A stretch of DNA of 64,000 nucleotides, from the NCBI GenBank assembly GCA_965214835.1, contig CBDCCK010000002.1, positions 160,001 through 224,000 on the forward strand, in the 5' to 3' direction. The notes below the pieces were generated by a model, which saw only the letters and a program-made list of their open reading frames with translations, searched no databases and was not told the DNA's origin. This document shows positions 10,182 through 19,810 of this stretch, piece by piece (position 1 is the stretch's first letter; each line of letters begins with the position of its first letter). The stretch comes from Nitrosopumilaceae archaeon. Lineage in GTDB: Archaea > Thermoproteota > Nitrososphaeria > Nitrososphaerales > Nitrosopumilaceae. A program made the position numbers and the translations under genes.

Positions 10182-10633
10182 CTGCCGCGCACCTCCGCTA
10201 TTGCAGTAGCATATGCGGTACTGCCGTCCCTGACAGCCGTGCCGTGTACGGTTACCGGATACCGGTCAAGCTCCAGCTGCGTATCATAGAATAGCTCCTC
10301 GTGGTATGTGGCAGTCATTCCCGGATCAAGGTGTGTGGCAAACGGGTTTGGCGGCAACGCGTCCCCCTGTCCCAGCATCCCAGTCGCGTTTGCAATATCG
10401 ACGAATTCAGCCCTCTCAAACGTGACGTCCCGTACTGTCTCGCTGCCGGCGTTTCTCGCAGATATGGCCAAGACGAAAATATCGCCCGGCGGATCGATTA
10501 TCTCCGAGGATACCTCGATGACGGCCCCCGTCTCTGCCTGGTCTAGTAGCCCGCCTGCCAGTATTCCGGTTATGGCGGCCACCGTCACTCCGGATACTGC
10601 CATCCACTTTATGATCTCCTTTGTCAGTAACAC
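10178..10633 (-). CDS. Pilin-like protein 3
   Basis: N-terminal LLTKE plus hydrophobic helix; ISARNAGSE motif shared with the other two pilin-like ORFs. Confidence 0.7.
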   Translation of the reverse strand: MLLTKEIIKWMAVSGVTVAAITGILAGGLLDQAETGAVIEVSSEIIDPPGDIFVLAISARNAGSETVRDVTFERAEFVDIANATGMLGQGDALPPNPFATHLDPGMTATYHEELFYDTQLELDRYPVTVHGTAVRDGSTAYATAIAEVRGR

Positions 10634-10701
10634 AAGCCCAAAAGCTGCCTTTGTTTAAAAATGGGGAATTTGTGTCAGAAAGAAAAAAGAGGTTGGCGGT
10701 G

Positions 10702-11268
10702 TTAGATGCCTATGCGTATGGTCTCTGTGACGTATTGCAGATTTGTATTTACTGGATCTGTAACTGTTATGTATACTGCTGTTATCGTATACCCGCCACC
10801 TGGCGCCACTCCGAGATTTCCACTTAAAACTCCGCTGAATTGGTTGGATCTACCTGAGGGGATAGATATTCCTCCAGCTGTATCTAGTCCATCGTCTGGG
10901 TCGTCAATATCGTGTGTGACAGATGCTGTACCATTAGTATATGTCCTAGCAACCCCATCAAACTGATCCGGGAGGAAAGAAGAACCACTGATCCTGTCAC
11001 CAAGATATAGTATCTCTTTTCCTGTCAGTCCATCCAAGGCCACCAGCAACACGCTAATATCGTTTCTTCCTGTGTTCTGAATCGTGGCTTCCGCTACAAT
11101 CTGTCCCGGAAGACCCTGCTTGGCAGATCCCTCGATGAATACCGTCTCTGTCGCACCCTCTCCTGCAAGGTCGCCCAGCACTCCTCCTGCGATTAGTGCG
11201 CCTGCGCCTCCGGCTATAGCTACAACAAGCCCAATCCATATGACTGTCTCTTTGGTTACCTGTACCAT
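10702..11268 (-). CDS. Pilin-like protein 2
   Basis: MVQVTKE plus hydrophobic helix, TIQNTGRND motif; TATA TTTATATG ~24 nt upstream; T-rich terminator-like tract downstream. Confidence 0.75.
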   Translation of the reverse strand: MVQVTKETVIWIGLVVAIAGGAGALIAGGVLGDLAGEGATETVFIEGSAKQGLPGQIVAEATIQNTGRNDISVLLVALDGLTGKEILYLGDRISGSSFLPDQFDGVARTYTNGTASVTHDIDDPDDGLDTAGGISIPSGRSNQFSGVLSGNLGVAPGGGYTITAVYITVTDPVNTNLQYVTETIRIGI

Positions 11269-11418
11269 TGATTCCGCAAAACCGTTTTGCATATAAACAC
11301 GCAAATTAGCTATGTTGGTGTCATGTTGGCGGCATGATATTGAGTGTGGATGGTTGTTGTGACGCGGTTAAATGATTAGGTATGTTGTGATGTTGAATGT
11401 CTGATAAACGCTCAAAAG
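11246..11418. repeat. Pilin 5' end plus divergent promoter region, copy 1
   Basis: 11246-11305 matches 16360-16419 and 11360-11418 resembles 16464-16521. Confidence 0.85.
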
Positions 11419-11633
11419 TAGCTTGGGGATTAATGATTGTTGGATTCGCAGTCCTGTCTCTGGGTATCGTTTTGTTCTTGGACTTGTTTGAGCTGGACAA
11501 AGAAAACATCGGTACGGTCTTAATGACGTCAGGGGGAGTCATCATCGGAATAGGTTCCGCGGCATTGATTGCCTCAAGATCATCCAACCGGCAGAATCCG
11601 CCTGCCCGACCGCGCAGAGTCACCCGTCTTTGA
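11397..11633 (+). CDS. Small two-TM membrane protein
   Basis: Two TM helices; TTAAAT ~25 nt upstream. Confidence 0.7.
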   Translation: MSDKRSKVAWGLMIVGFAVLSLGIVLFLDLFELDKENIGTVLMTSGGVIIGIGSAALIASRSSNRQNPPARPRRVTRL

Positions 11634-11746
11634 CCTGTCATGCAGAAACTCACATGTGACTGTGATCTTCACTTCCTGATAATTGAACATGACCTGATCA
11701 GCGATGATCATTCCATGCTTAAATGGCTTCAAGGTCTGTTGAAAGC

Positions 11747-13243
11747 ATGGGACTGTTCTCACGCAAGAAATCAGACATGCACAAATTGTATGAGGCCTGC
11801 ATGAAAGGGGCCGTAACAGATACGCTTACTGCCACGGAGACAAGCACCGCCATCGTCTCACCGTTCTCGCTGTACTGCAGCTATCATGCGGATCCAGACC
11901 TGCAGGATCCGCCGGATCCGTTCCAGCAGGCGCTTTCACGGAAGGGTCTCGAGCACGAGGCCGCAGTAGTCGAGTCGGAGCATCCGGACATACGGGAGAT
12001 ACCGGTCGAGTCGCCGCAGGACGGTTTTATGAAGATGCTTGACTCCATGTCTGCCGGGACCGAAGCTCTAGTGCAGCCTCCCATGTTCTACCTCCCTGAC
12101 TGCATGTACGGCGTCATTGATATCCTTGAAAGGCGAGACGGTGACTCTGTCTTTGGCAGACACCACTATGTAGTGAGGGAGATCAAGGTTGCACTCAACA
12201 TAAAGGAGCACCACCTCATCCAAGCGGCGTTTTACGCAAAGATGATGGGGCTGATCCAGGGCCGCCGGCCTGAATACTTTCTGATAACCGACGGCAACGA
12301 GAATACCATGAGCTTCCGGTATGACGAGTATGAAAAGCCTATGGAGGATGCCATGTCGCTTGCACGGCGCATAATGAAGGGGTGGATTCCGCCTGCAGTG
12401 TACAATACTGGCATCCCACCGTGGACAGGGTACACTAATGAGATTGCCATCCGGAACAACGACATCTCGCTTATTCCACATATCGGGCCAAAGATGCGCT
12501 CACTGCTGCTCGATGCTGGACTCCATACCGTAAACGACGTGGCCACATCGTCGGCAGGGAGGCTCCAGAAGATCAGGGGAATCGGTAGTAAAAAGTCGGC
12601 AGGATACATCGAGTCTGCCCGCGCCATAGACACCGGCCGGTGCGCCAGGATGGGCGGAAATATAGACCTGCCGGAACGGCCTACCGAGATATTCCTCGAT
12701 CTGGAGGGGCTCAATGCCACCTTCAGCAACAGACTGACGGACTATCTGATAGGTGCGGTTGTGAGAAGGGACGGGGAAGCTGCATACCACCGCTTCTTGG
12801 CAGAGAACTGGCGCGAGGACCGCATGCTGGAGGAGTTCCTCGGCTTTATAGATCAGCAGGATGACTATGTCATATACCACTGGCACAGCTATGAGAGGAA
12901 TCACCTGAAATCGATGATGGAAAGGCACGGCATGGACGGACACGGCATGCTTGCCCCGGATGTGATGATTGACCTGCACACCGTTGCCACCGGTGCCTTT
13001 GTGTTCCCGACATACTCCAACAGCATCAAGGACATAGCCAGGTGGATCGGGTTTGAGTGGAGGCACCATGACATGGGTGCGACATCTGCCATCGAAGTAT
13101 ACCTGCGGTATGCCGATGATCCGGAGGCATATGCAGACGAGATGAAGCTTGTCATCGACTATAACGAGGACGACTGCAGGGCCGTCATGGTAGTGAAGGA
13201 CTGGCTGGCATCACGTGCTCCACGCGAGGCGGCTGGCGCATGA
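11747..13243 (+). CDS. TM0106-family RecB-like nuclease (PD-(D/E)XK + HhH + RNase H-like domain)
   Basis: G..HE, G.ID.L...EIK, Q...Y motifs; IPHIGPK and IRGIGSK HhH; FLDLE...YHW..YE...YNEDDC; GCTTAAAT promoter at 11717. Confidence 0.85.
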   Translation: MGLFSRKKSDMHKLYEACMKGAVTDTLTATETSTAIVSPFSLYCSYHADPDLQDPPDPFQQALSRKGLEHEAAVVESEHPDIREIPVESPQDGFMKMLDSMSAGTEALVQPPMFYLPDCMYGVIDILERRDGDSVFGRHHYVVREIKVALNIKEHHLIQAAFYAKMMGLIQGRRPEYFLITDGNENTMSFRYDEYEKPMEDAMSLARRIMKGWIPPAVYNTGIPPWTGYTNEIAIRNNDISLIPHIGPKMRSLLLDAGLHTVNDVATSSAGRLQKIRGIGSKKSAGYIESARAIDTGRCARMGGNIDLPERPTEIFLDLEGLNATFSNRLTDYLIGAVVRRDGEAAYHRFLAENWREDRMLEEFLGFIDQQDDYVIYHWHSYERNHLKSMMERHGMDGHGMLAPDVMIDLHTVATGAFVFPTYSNSIKDIARWIGFEWRHHDMGATSAIEVYLRYADDPEAYADEMKLVIDYNEDDCRAVMVVKDWLASRAPREAAGA

Positions 13244-13299
13244 CCGTGGTTTGGGTACAGAAGATCGGACGTCTTTACACGTTCAGGCACGGTTACGTA

Positions 13300-13827
13300 A
13301 CATGTCATCTTGCTCGCAACGTTTAACTGGAACGCTCAGATCCAGACAGCAGGTTTGGACACGGAGTCGTTGGCCATAATTGCACCTGTGGCAACTTTTT
13401 CATCGCATTCATTGCCATTCGGCTGAATTATATCGACAAGCAGTTAGATATCCTGCTGCCGAAGTTCAAGTCAAAATTAGATCGTGCCGACAAGGAGCTT
13501 CAGGCGGAGATATCCAAAAGGAGTCCGAAAAAAGATGTCGTGCTGTCGTTCGCCAATCAAATCGCGTCATATACGAGCATCCGCAACACCATCAAGGAAC
13601 TTTCAAAGATGAACCGCAGGCAGGTTGCGTTGGATGCTGCCGCAATCGTGGGTATGATTACAATTGTAATAATCCACACGTATGGTTATCAGCATCAGCT
13701 AAAAGACGCGGCATCTGTCATTATCGTGCTTGCCATGGCCATGATGTTTTTTTCAGGCTTGACATTCGCTAGAAACTTTCACCGCATGAACCATTTTAAA
13801 AACAAGGCAATGGATCTCGAGGATTAG
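13300..13827 (+). pseudogene. Membrane protein with an apparent 1-nt frameshift in a T-run at ~13396-13400 (start uncertain)
   Basis: LAIIAPVAT and FIAFIAIRLNYIDK lie in different frames; the 3' part is ORF 13540..13827. Confidence 0.5.
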
Positions 13828-14339
13828 AGATCGGGCTCGTCGTATTCCGTACTGAGATACGAATCGGACTCGTAAATCCCCCTGCCTACCTTTGCCTTTA
13901 TCGTGCTTGCGCTTGCATACTGGGGGTACTGAAAGTAGACATCCTGCAGCAGCCGCGACAGGGAATACTCCTGGTATCTTTTTGTGATCGTCATGATCTT
14001 GTTGTGCAGGGCCGTGTGCTCGTGCCTCAGCCTCTCAAAGACCTTCATGCCCTGCTCTGTGACCGCGAACCTGTCCACCTTGAACCCGTAATCGTTTGTA
14101 ATCGGATGTTTTTCTATCTGGCCGCTGCCAAGCGCTCCCTCCATGTCGCCTGCCAGCCCAGCACTGAATGGTCCAAAGTTGCTTGCCCTCCAGTCGTCGT
14201 AGAACCCGACATTGCGAAGTTCCTTGATCTGCATTGCAGAGAGAAATGCGTACTTTTGCAACCTGGTCATGCCCTCCACATAGTCATGCATTCCGATCAG
14301 AAATGCCGGAATCTCCGAGCGCTCAATCATGTGCGGCAC
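13824..14339 (-). CDS. YwgA/SocA(Panacea)-like winged-helix protein, copy 1
   Basis: G.TRLQKYAFL, YDDWRASNFGPFS, VYFQYPQYA motifs. Confidence 0.75.
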   Translation of the reverse strand: MPHMIERSEIPAFLIGMHDYVEGMTRLQKYAFLSAMQIKELRNVGFYDDWRASNFGPFSAGLAGDMEGALGSGQIEKHPITNDYGFKVDRFAVTEQGMKVFERLRHEHTALHNKIMTITKRYQEYSLSRLLQDVYFQYPQYASASTIKAKVGRGIYESDSYLSTEYDEPDL

Positions 14340-14534
14340 CCGACCCCATGCCCGTATGTTCCTCCACGGCTGAATTAAATGGTTTCATCTGGATTACCCG
14401 TCCCTCCATAACCGAGTATTGTAGGACTGTGGGGTATTTATTGCTGCTTTTTTTCCATCCTACCTTCATAGATGTGACCAGGCTCGCGGCTGGATGGTCA
14501 ACAGGATCAGGCCAGTGTGATGTCATCTAGCCCC

Positions 14535-14981
14535 TTATCCTGCTGTTAACAACATACCCGGATATGCGTTATAGATCCCCGTCAGCAGCGCACGCTGGCT
14601 CTCGGCCTGCAGGAGGCGTATCTTCTCGTGCAGGTCGCCTATCTCCGACGTCTTTTCTGCCAGCAGCCTGCGCCACTTGACGCGCCCCTTCGTGGTGAGG
14701 GAGTATATATCATACTTGTGATTGCCGCTGCCGGCATCCTTTTTTATCAGCCCCGCATCGACGCATTTTTCTATGTCTGCCTCCAGCTGCCTGCTGAACG
14801 GCCCGTAATGGTATGCCTTCCAGTCGTCATAAAACGGCACCATGTACTCGATTGCCAGCTCTGACAGCTCCTTCCGGTACTGTTTGTGCAGCAGAAACCC
14901 GTATTTCTGCAGCCGTGTCGCCCCGTGTACGGCATTGTCGTTTATTATGAACAGTACGCGCTCCTCTGGCTGCAGTATCAT
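14535..14981 (-). CDS. YwgA/SocA-like protein, copy 2
   Basis: GATRLQKYGFL, YDDWKAYHYGPFS, YSLTTKGR, IYNAYP. Confidence 0.75.
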   Translation of the reverse strand: MILQPEERVLFIINDNAVHGATRLQKYGFLLHKQYRKELSELAIEYMVPFYDDWKAYHYGPFSRQLEADIEKCVDAGLIKKDAGSGNHKYDIYSLTTKGRVKWRRLLAEKTSEIGDLHEKIRLLQAESQRALLTGIYNAYPGMLLTAG

Positions 14982-15072
14982 CTGCTGAATGTATGCGGTG
15001 TTGTTATAAAAAGTATCAAGGCCGGCAGTCCATACCACGCCTTAAATCCGCATAAAGAACTTCAAAGCACGG

Positions 15073-15459
15073 ATGATCGAGATACTGCGGTCAATTGCCG
15101 GAGGGATGATGACTGTTGCAATGGTGGATATCATTCGTGCCATGACCAAAAAAGCGGCAAGGGACAGGGAGATATCCAAGATCAGAAAGTCTTTCAGAGA
15201 AGCCGAAGTGCGCACAAAGCACGGACGAAGTGATGGCGACAGGATAGTTGATCACATGGCAAGATTTGGATGTTTTAAATCTCAACTGCAAAATACCAAA
15301 CTAGCGGTGACATATTCTGAGAATTTAAGAATCAATCAAAAAGTTGAGCTGTTGCATATGATAGACAAGAGGCTGGACATCCTTGCCATTTTTGCAAGTA
15401 GCCAGATGTCAATGGCGGTTTACGAGATATTCTTTGATGATCTTAGAAAGCTCAGGTGA
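15073..15459 (+). CDS. Hypothetical protein, paralog of 27831..28250
   Basis: Shared AGGM..V, F.S.LQN.K and Y..FFD.L.KLR motifs. Confidence 0.65.
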   Translation: MIEILRSIAGGMMTVAMVDIIRAMTKKAARDREISKIRKSFREAEVRTKHGRSDGDRIVDHMARFGCFKSQLQNTKLAVTYSENLRINQKVELLHMIDKRLDILAIFASSQMSMAVYEIFFDDLRKLR

Positions 15460-15549
15460 TTAGGTTTTTGGGATTGCCGGAAATGACGTATTCTGATCCG
15501 TGTTCACACATGCTGGCAGGCTTGTCATTCCACTTTGTTGAATGAAAAA

Positions 15550-15657
15550 TTAATCCTCGTCCTCTTCAGAGTCCTGATACTTGTCACTGTTTGGATTCAT
15601 TTGTTGTGAGTGGTTGTCCAGATCGGCCTTGTCGCCTTTACCTTCGTATTTTCCCAT
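15550..15657 (-). CDS. 35-aa acidic microprotein (not in ORF track)
   Basis: MGKYEGKGDKADLDNHSQQMNPNSDKYQDSEEDED*; CTTATAAA ~25 nt upstream. Confidence 0.55.
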   Translation of the reverse strand: MGKYEGKGDKADLDNHSQQMNPNSDKYQDSEEDED

Positions 15658-15810
15658 GGTGTTTGTTCACGTGGATTGTTTATAAGGATTCCATGATGGA
15701 TGTGCGAGGCCGGTAAGAGCTGATGACTCTGGATCGCGCAAGGCCGTGCCCCCGGCACTGCCTGGCGGGGATCCTGCGAGCCGTTCCCCGCTTAAATGTA
15801 AAGGCGCATC

Positions 15811-16071
15811 ATGTCTGCATTGTACCTTGGAAGGCTTGTCACAACGGCCCGCACCGTCAGCTGCAGGGCAGACCGCGGCTGGAGACCATCCGTTGGCAGG
15901 TATCACCCCCTGACAGTGATAATGCTTGTAATCGCGGCCTTGTATGTGTCGCTCTTCTCGTCCCTTGGCCTTGTCGGGGAACCTGCCGATGAGCGGTACC
16001 TGATGGCCGCAAGCTACGGGATGATTGTTTTTGCCGTCTGGCTCGCGTGGTCGCACCTTCTCAAATCATAA
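15811..16071 (+). CDS. Small two-TM membrane protein
   Basis: Two TM helices; GCTTAAAT ~20 nt upstream. Confidence 0.6.
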   Translation: MSALYLGRLVTTARTVSCRADRGWRPSVGRYHPLTVIMLVIAALYVSLFSSLGLVGEPADERYLMAASYGMIVFAVWLAWSHLLKS

Positions 16072-16243
16072 TGCGATGGGATCCCGGGTTCAGGACTGCG
16101 CAGGCCGAATGCCGGGATTTTTATAATACCGCCTCCAATATATCGTGAGTTCGCTCCTTGCGTCCTTGGTTTCGATCAGGATTGCAGGCCCCGCCGGGCA
16201 TTATGCATGTGCCCGTTTTGCGAAGGCGGGGAGCTTTTTCCTT

Positions 16244-16317
16244 GGGGGTGTAGTTTAGACTGGATAGAATGCCAGATTCGCAACTGGAGATTGAGGGTTC
16301 GAATCCCTCCATCCCCT
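16244..16317 (+). tRNA. tRNA-like gene with irregular anticodon arm (identity ambiguous: Arg-TCG-like or Ala-CGC-like)
   Basis: Acceptor GGGGGTG/CATCCCC, D-loop TGGA, T-arm GAGGG-TTCGAAT-CCCTC; anticodon arm CCAG-ATTCGCAA-CTGG (4 bp plus 8-nt loop). Confidence 0.75.
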
Positions 16318-16359
16318 TGACTACCGAGAGGGGACATGATTACAAGGTCACCTAGAAGA

Positions 16360-16521
16360 GTTTCTTTCGTTACCTGTACCATTGATTCCGCAAAACCGTT
16401 TTGCGTGTAAACACGCAAAAGTGTGGCGCGCAAGTGATTGTACCCAAATGGAATCATGGATCATGACGCGGTTAAATGGTTGGATGAATCCGGATGTTGA
16501 ATGTCTCGTAAGCACTCAAAA
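16360..16521. repeat. Pilin 5' end plus promoter region, degenerate copy 2
   Basis: Encodes MVQVTKET on the minus strand then diverges; TATA mutated from TTTATATG to TTTACACG. Confidence 0.85.
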
Positions 16522-16600
16522 TCCGCTTGCAGATCCACACGCCACCGTCCGCACCTGTGTGAATCCGATTGTGCTTGGAAAGACATACAGCACGACTGCC

Positions 16601-17851
16601 CTACTTTGCTTTCTTGATAGTTATTCTGTTGGGCAGTTTCTTGCTCTTGGCTCTGCCCTTTCCATATTTCTGATCCAAAATAAAATTAGCGTCCCTTTGA
16701 GAAATTTCTGCCCCCAGCAGATGGGCAATCAGCCTTCCTGCCGTGCGCGCCGTGCGCTTTCCATACATCACGCGCCCGTTGGTCCTTATCAATATGCCAT
16801 TCCACATGTCGTTGTCCCTGCTCCAGTTGATCCTGTTCAATTTCTTCACAAGCGTATCTTTGTCTGTGTCAGTAGCTCCCAATAAGACACATGCAAGCGA
16901 GTATCCCATGACTATTGAGAGTTGTCCTACCGGGAGTCCCAGAATGGACCTTTTGCGCAATTCGATCCTTGAACTGTCGCCATTCTTTGCCGCGTCCCCC
17001 AACACCTTTTTCCATTCTATTATGCCCGACAGCAGCCGCCTCCACTCTTTTTCTATGTCCTTTTGCATGTCATCTCTTTCCTTGTCATTCATTGTTTCTG
17101 GCCTCCCGACAATTTGAATTGGAAGCGCAGGCAGCAGCTCCCTGTTTGCCTCATAAACAGTAGACATCAGCGTAAACTCTGGTGATTTTTTGTTTAGCGA
17201 ACTGGAGTCGATGTTGACGAGTTTGCGCGGTATGATGCCGCCCTCTATTATTTTGCGCGTTATCACCGCCATGGCATCATCGTCATCTGTGATAAGCTTG
17301 CCTGCCTTTGATGTCGGTTTGGCATACTTGTTTATCTTGTTGAATATGTATCTGGAATCTCCCTTGTCAAATGGAACAATTATTACCACCACCCTGTCAT
17401 CGCCCAGCTTGTTTTCAGGATCGTTTTCAAGAACGCACTGAAATGCCCTTGCTCTGTGCTGGCCGTCAAGCGGTATCAGATGACGGCTGTCATCCTCGAA
17501 TGTGACAAACCCGAGATCCTGTGTAGGGCGGTTGTATGCCGCCGGCAGATCGTCCTTTACGACATCCCTTATGTTGTCAAACCCCATGGCTCCTCCATTT
17601 GATGCCTCTGTCGCCATCACTAGGGCGCCTGAAAACCTCCTGGCGTCTTTTGCAAAATACGGCGCAATGTCCCTGTCTATCCTGCGTTCGTCGAGTTTTC
17701 TCTGAAACTGCTCCTCAAGTGAATAGGTTTCCCAGCCGTCTACCTCTGTCGGGAATCTTATGTTCTTTACCAGATCCGCTATGCGTACAGTCATCACATA
17801 GTACTCGGTGCGTCCGAACCTTCCACGCAGTGCCGGGTATGTGGATGTCAT
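16601..17851 (-). CDS. DndB-like DGQHR domain protein
   Basis: YYVMT, FQRKLD, IAPYF, LDGQHR, FNKINKYAKP motifs. Confidence 0.85.
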   Translation of the reverse strand: MTSTYPALRGRFGRTEYYVMTVRIADLVKNIRFPTEVDGWETYSLEEQFQRKLDERRIDRDIAPYFAKDARRFSGALVMATEASNGGAMGFDNIRDVVKDDLPAAYNRPTQDLGFVTFEDDSRHLIPLDGQHRARAFQCVLENDPENKLGDDRVVVIIVPFDKGDSRYIFNKINKYAKPTSKAGKLITDDDDAMAVITRKIIEGGIIPRKLVNIDSSSLNKKSPEFTLMSTVYEANRELLPALPIQIVGRPETMNDKERDDMQKDIEKEWRRLLSGIIEWKKVLGDAAKNGDSSRIELRKRSILGLPVGQLSIVMGYSLACVLLGATDTDKDTLVKKLNRINWSRDNDMWNGILIRTNGRVMYGKRTARTAGRLIAHLLGAEISQRDANFILDQKYGKGRAKSKKLPNRITIKKAK

Positions 17852-18219
17852 GGTGTGCCACCCGCGTTGTTTGTCAGTGGACGCATCTCCGATATTGCAT
17901 CAGATTCCATGGCGCGCAGGCGCCTCTCTGACACATCATGATATGAGAATGACAGCATGATCTCGTTTCTATACGTCTCAAAGTAATGTCTCAGCAGGAG
18001 ATTGTCCTCTGCAGTACAGTGCTCCCCTAGCCTCCTTCGCAGGTTCATGCTCATTCCAATATAGAGACACCTGCCGCGCAACCAAAAGCAGTAAAGACCT
18101 GGGGATTCATCAATTCCCTCGTATGACATGTACCCAAACGGCACCTGGCCTCCCGTCAGTCCGGATATGGGATCAGACACCGCAGAGACCCTCGCACTCG
18201 CTTGCCATAAAGTCCTCAT
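17848..18219 (-). CDS. GIY-YIG nuclease
   Basis: GLYCF...LYIGMSMNLRRRLGEH...E..AI....P..N; ATGA overlap with the DndB-like gene. Confidence 0.8.
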   Translation of the reverse strand: MRTLWQASARVSAVSDPISGLTGGQVPFGYMSYEGIDESPGLYCFWLRGRCLYIGMSMNLRRRLGEHCTAEDNLLLRHYFETYRNEIMLSFSYHDVSERRLRAMESDAISEMRPLTNNAGGTP

Positions 18220-19810
18220 AGTCCTCCGTATCGCTAAAGTCTACTGTATCCAGTGGTTTTCTGTCCTTGTGAAGATAGCCCTCCCCGTGCAGCGTTCCAC
18301 GAATGTGCGGCACGTCGCGTATTGCCTTGTCTATGAACACCGCGTCATTAAACGAGTCCGGATCGTTTTCTTTTATCCACTTCCACTCCATGTCTGTGTG
18401 GTACGGGCATCCAACGCATGCGCTCCTAGGCAGGCTTTGTCCCGGATACCTTTCGGCAAACCATTCATAGAGCTGCGCCCGTGAAATCTCCATCTCTATC
18501 AACGGGAACCTGTTTGTTATCCATTCGTTTCTGCTCGGCTTCATGCGGTGGGCCTCGTCGGCACTTATTCCCATCCACATCTCTACCTGCATGTTCTTTG
18601 GCGCGCGCTTGCCCGGCTCCAGATTTAACATGTTCCGAAGTTCCCTGTGAATCGGCCGTATCTTGTAATGGTTGGTGCACTGCCTGGCAGCCACCGACCT
18701 GCTGCCGTCCTTGTTTATTAAAAATACCGGCATGTCCAGAAACTTGTCTCCTGCAGGCGTCACACCCTTTAGCACGTTCTCGCGTATGTCTCCTGCCGTA
18801 ACCCTGATCACCTTGTAGGACAGCTGCTTTTCAAGCCAGTCAAGGTGCTTGTATACGTGCGGCGGCTCCCACTTTGTGTCCGCAAATATGGCAACATCCG
18901 GCTTTTCCAGTCCTCCCCATCCGCTTTCTGCCATGAGCGCCATCACTGTTGACTGGGTACCGGCCCCCAAGCTGAGCACCTTGAATTTTTTTACGCCCCT
19001 CAGATACCGGCGGTCAGACACAGATTCGGGCCTGCACATCTGGCGGTCAACTGCGCGGCTTACCAGGCCCCGTGCATCCCCCTGCGTCAGCACATCCAAT
19101 AATCTGGAGCCTGCCTCCAGGTTCAGCTCCCTGGCCACCATCCTGTATCCGTAGCGGTTCATGCCTTTCCCCTCGTTGAGCAGTGCCCTGATGCACTCGG
19201 CCCGGACTGTCGGATTGCGCAGTACCCCGAACTCCATCGTATGGTGATAGTATTCAGGATGCTTGGAGAACATGTCCAGTGCCTGTCGTGTATCAAACGC
19301 CCCGTTTGAGGCCTCTGCTGACTGCCGTGCAATGTGTGCTATCCACCATGTCCTGCCTGAAATGCTTGCCTCGTATATATCCCGTTTCTGTGACGACTTT
19401 GTGAGCCAGTGTTTTTGCACGTTTGATGCCGTCGTCTTTTTTCCACTTATCGGCCAGCGCTCTATCCCGTATCTGTGCAGATATACGTGGTTTATGTATG
19501 CGAGCAGCTCCGGCATCACTGCAAGCTTTGGCGTCATCCCTGTCAGGGAGTTGTAAAAATCAAGCGCCTGGGAATCTGCCTCATGACGTCGATTCACTGG
19601 CTTGTCTGCAGGCGGCATCATCATGATTGGACTGCCGCTGACTGTCACGTCCACACTTTTTCTATAATCGTCAATGCCGTTTTCCCGTAGCAACTTGACA
19701 AAGTCGGCATCCGGGTTCTCGTAATGATCTAGGTTGTCTGTTATGTTGCCCAAAAGCCATTCAAATGCCTCGTCAGAGAACCTGTACAGCTCACTCATTG
19801 CCTGCATCAT
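18173..19810 (-). CDS. Fusion of a DUF6339-like N-terminal domain and a PAPS-reductase-like PP-loop/Fe-S domain
   Basis: N-terminus Y..L...TP..A...ELLAYINH...RWP...RTWW.A; C-terminus VLSLGAGTQS, FADTKWEP, RQCT..YKI.PI, GISADE, SACVGCPYH, ECEGLCGV. Confidence 0.8.
   Translation of the reverse strand: MMQAMSELYRFSDEAFEWLLGNITDNLDHYENPDADFVKLLRENGIDDYRKSVDVTVSGSPIMMMPPADKPVNRRHEADSQALDFYNSLTGMTPKLAVMPELLAYINHVYLHRYGIERWPISGKKTTASNVQKHWLTKSSQKRDIYEASISGRTWWIAHIARQSAEASNGAFDTRQALDMFSKHPEYYHHTMEFGVLRNPTVRAECIRALLNEGKGMNRYGYRMVARELNLEAGSRLLDVLTQGDARGLVSRAVDRQMCRPESVSDRRYLRGVKKFKVLSLGAGTQSTVMALMAESGWGGLEKPDVAIFADTKWEPPHVYKHLDWLEKQLSYKVIRVTAGDIRENVLKGVTPAGDKFLDMPVFLINKDGSRSVAARQCTNHYKIRPIHRELRNMLNLEPGKRAPKNMQVEMWMGISADEAHRMKPSRNEWITNRFPLIEMEISRAQLYEWFAERYPGQSLPRSACVGCPYHTDMEWKWIKENDPDSFNDAVFIDKAIRDVPHIRGTLHGEGYLHKDRKPLDTVDFSDTEDYEDFMASECEGLCGV

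Noticed and set aside
16244-16317. tRNA as the element's attachment site
   Set aside because: No duplicate of its 3' end and no integrase found in the window
16176-16457. 93-aa ORF as a fourth pilin
   Set aside because: Only the first 8 codons match the pilin, its TATA box is mutated, and the rest runs antisense through the tRNA
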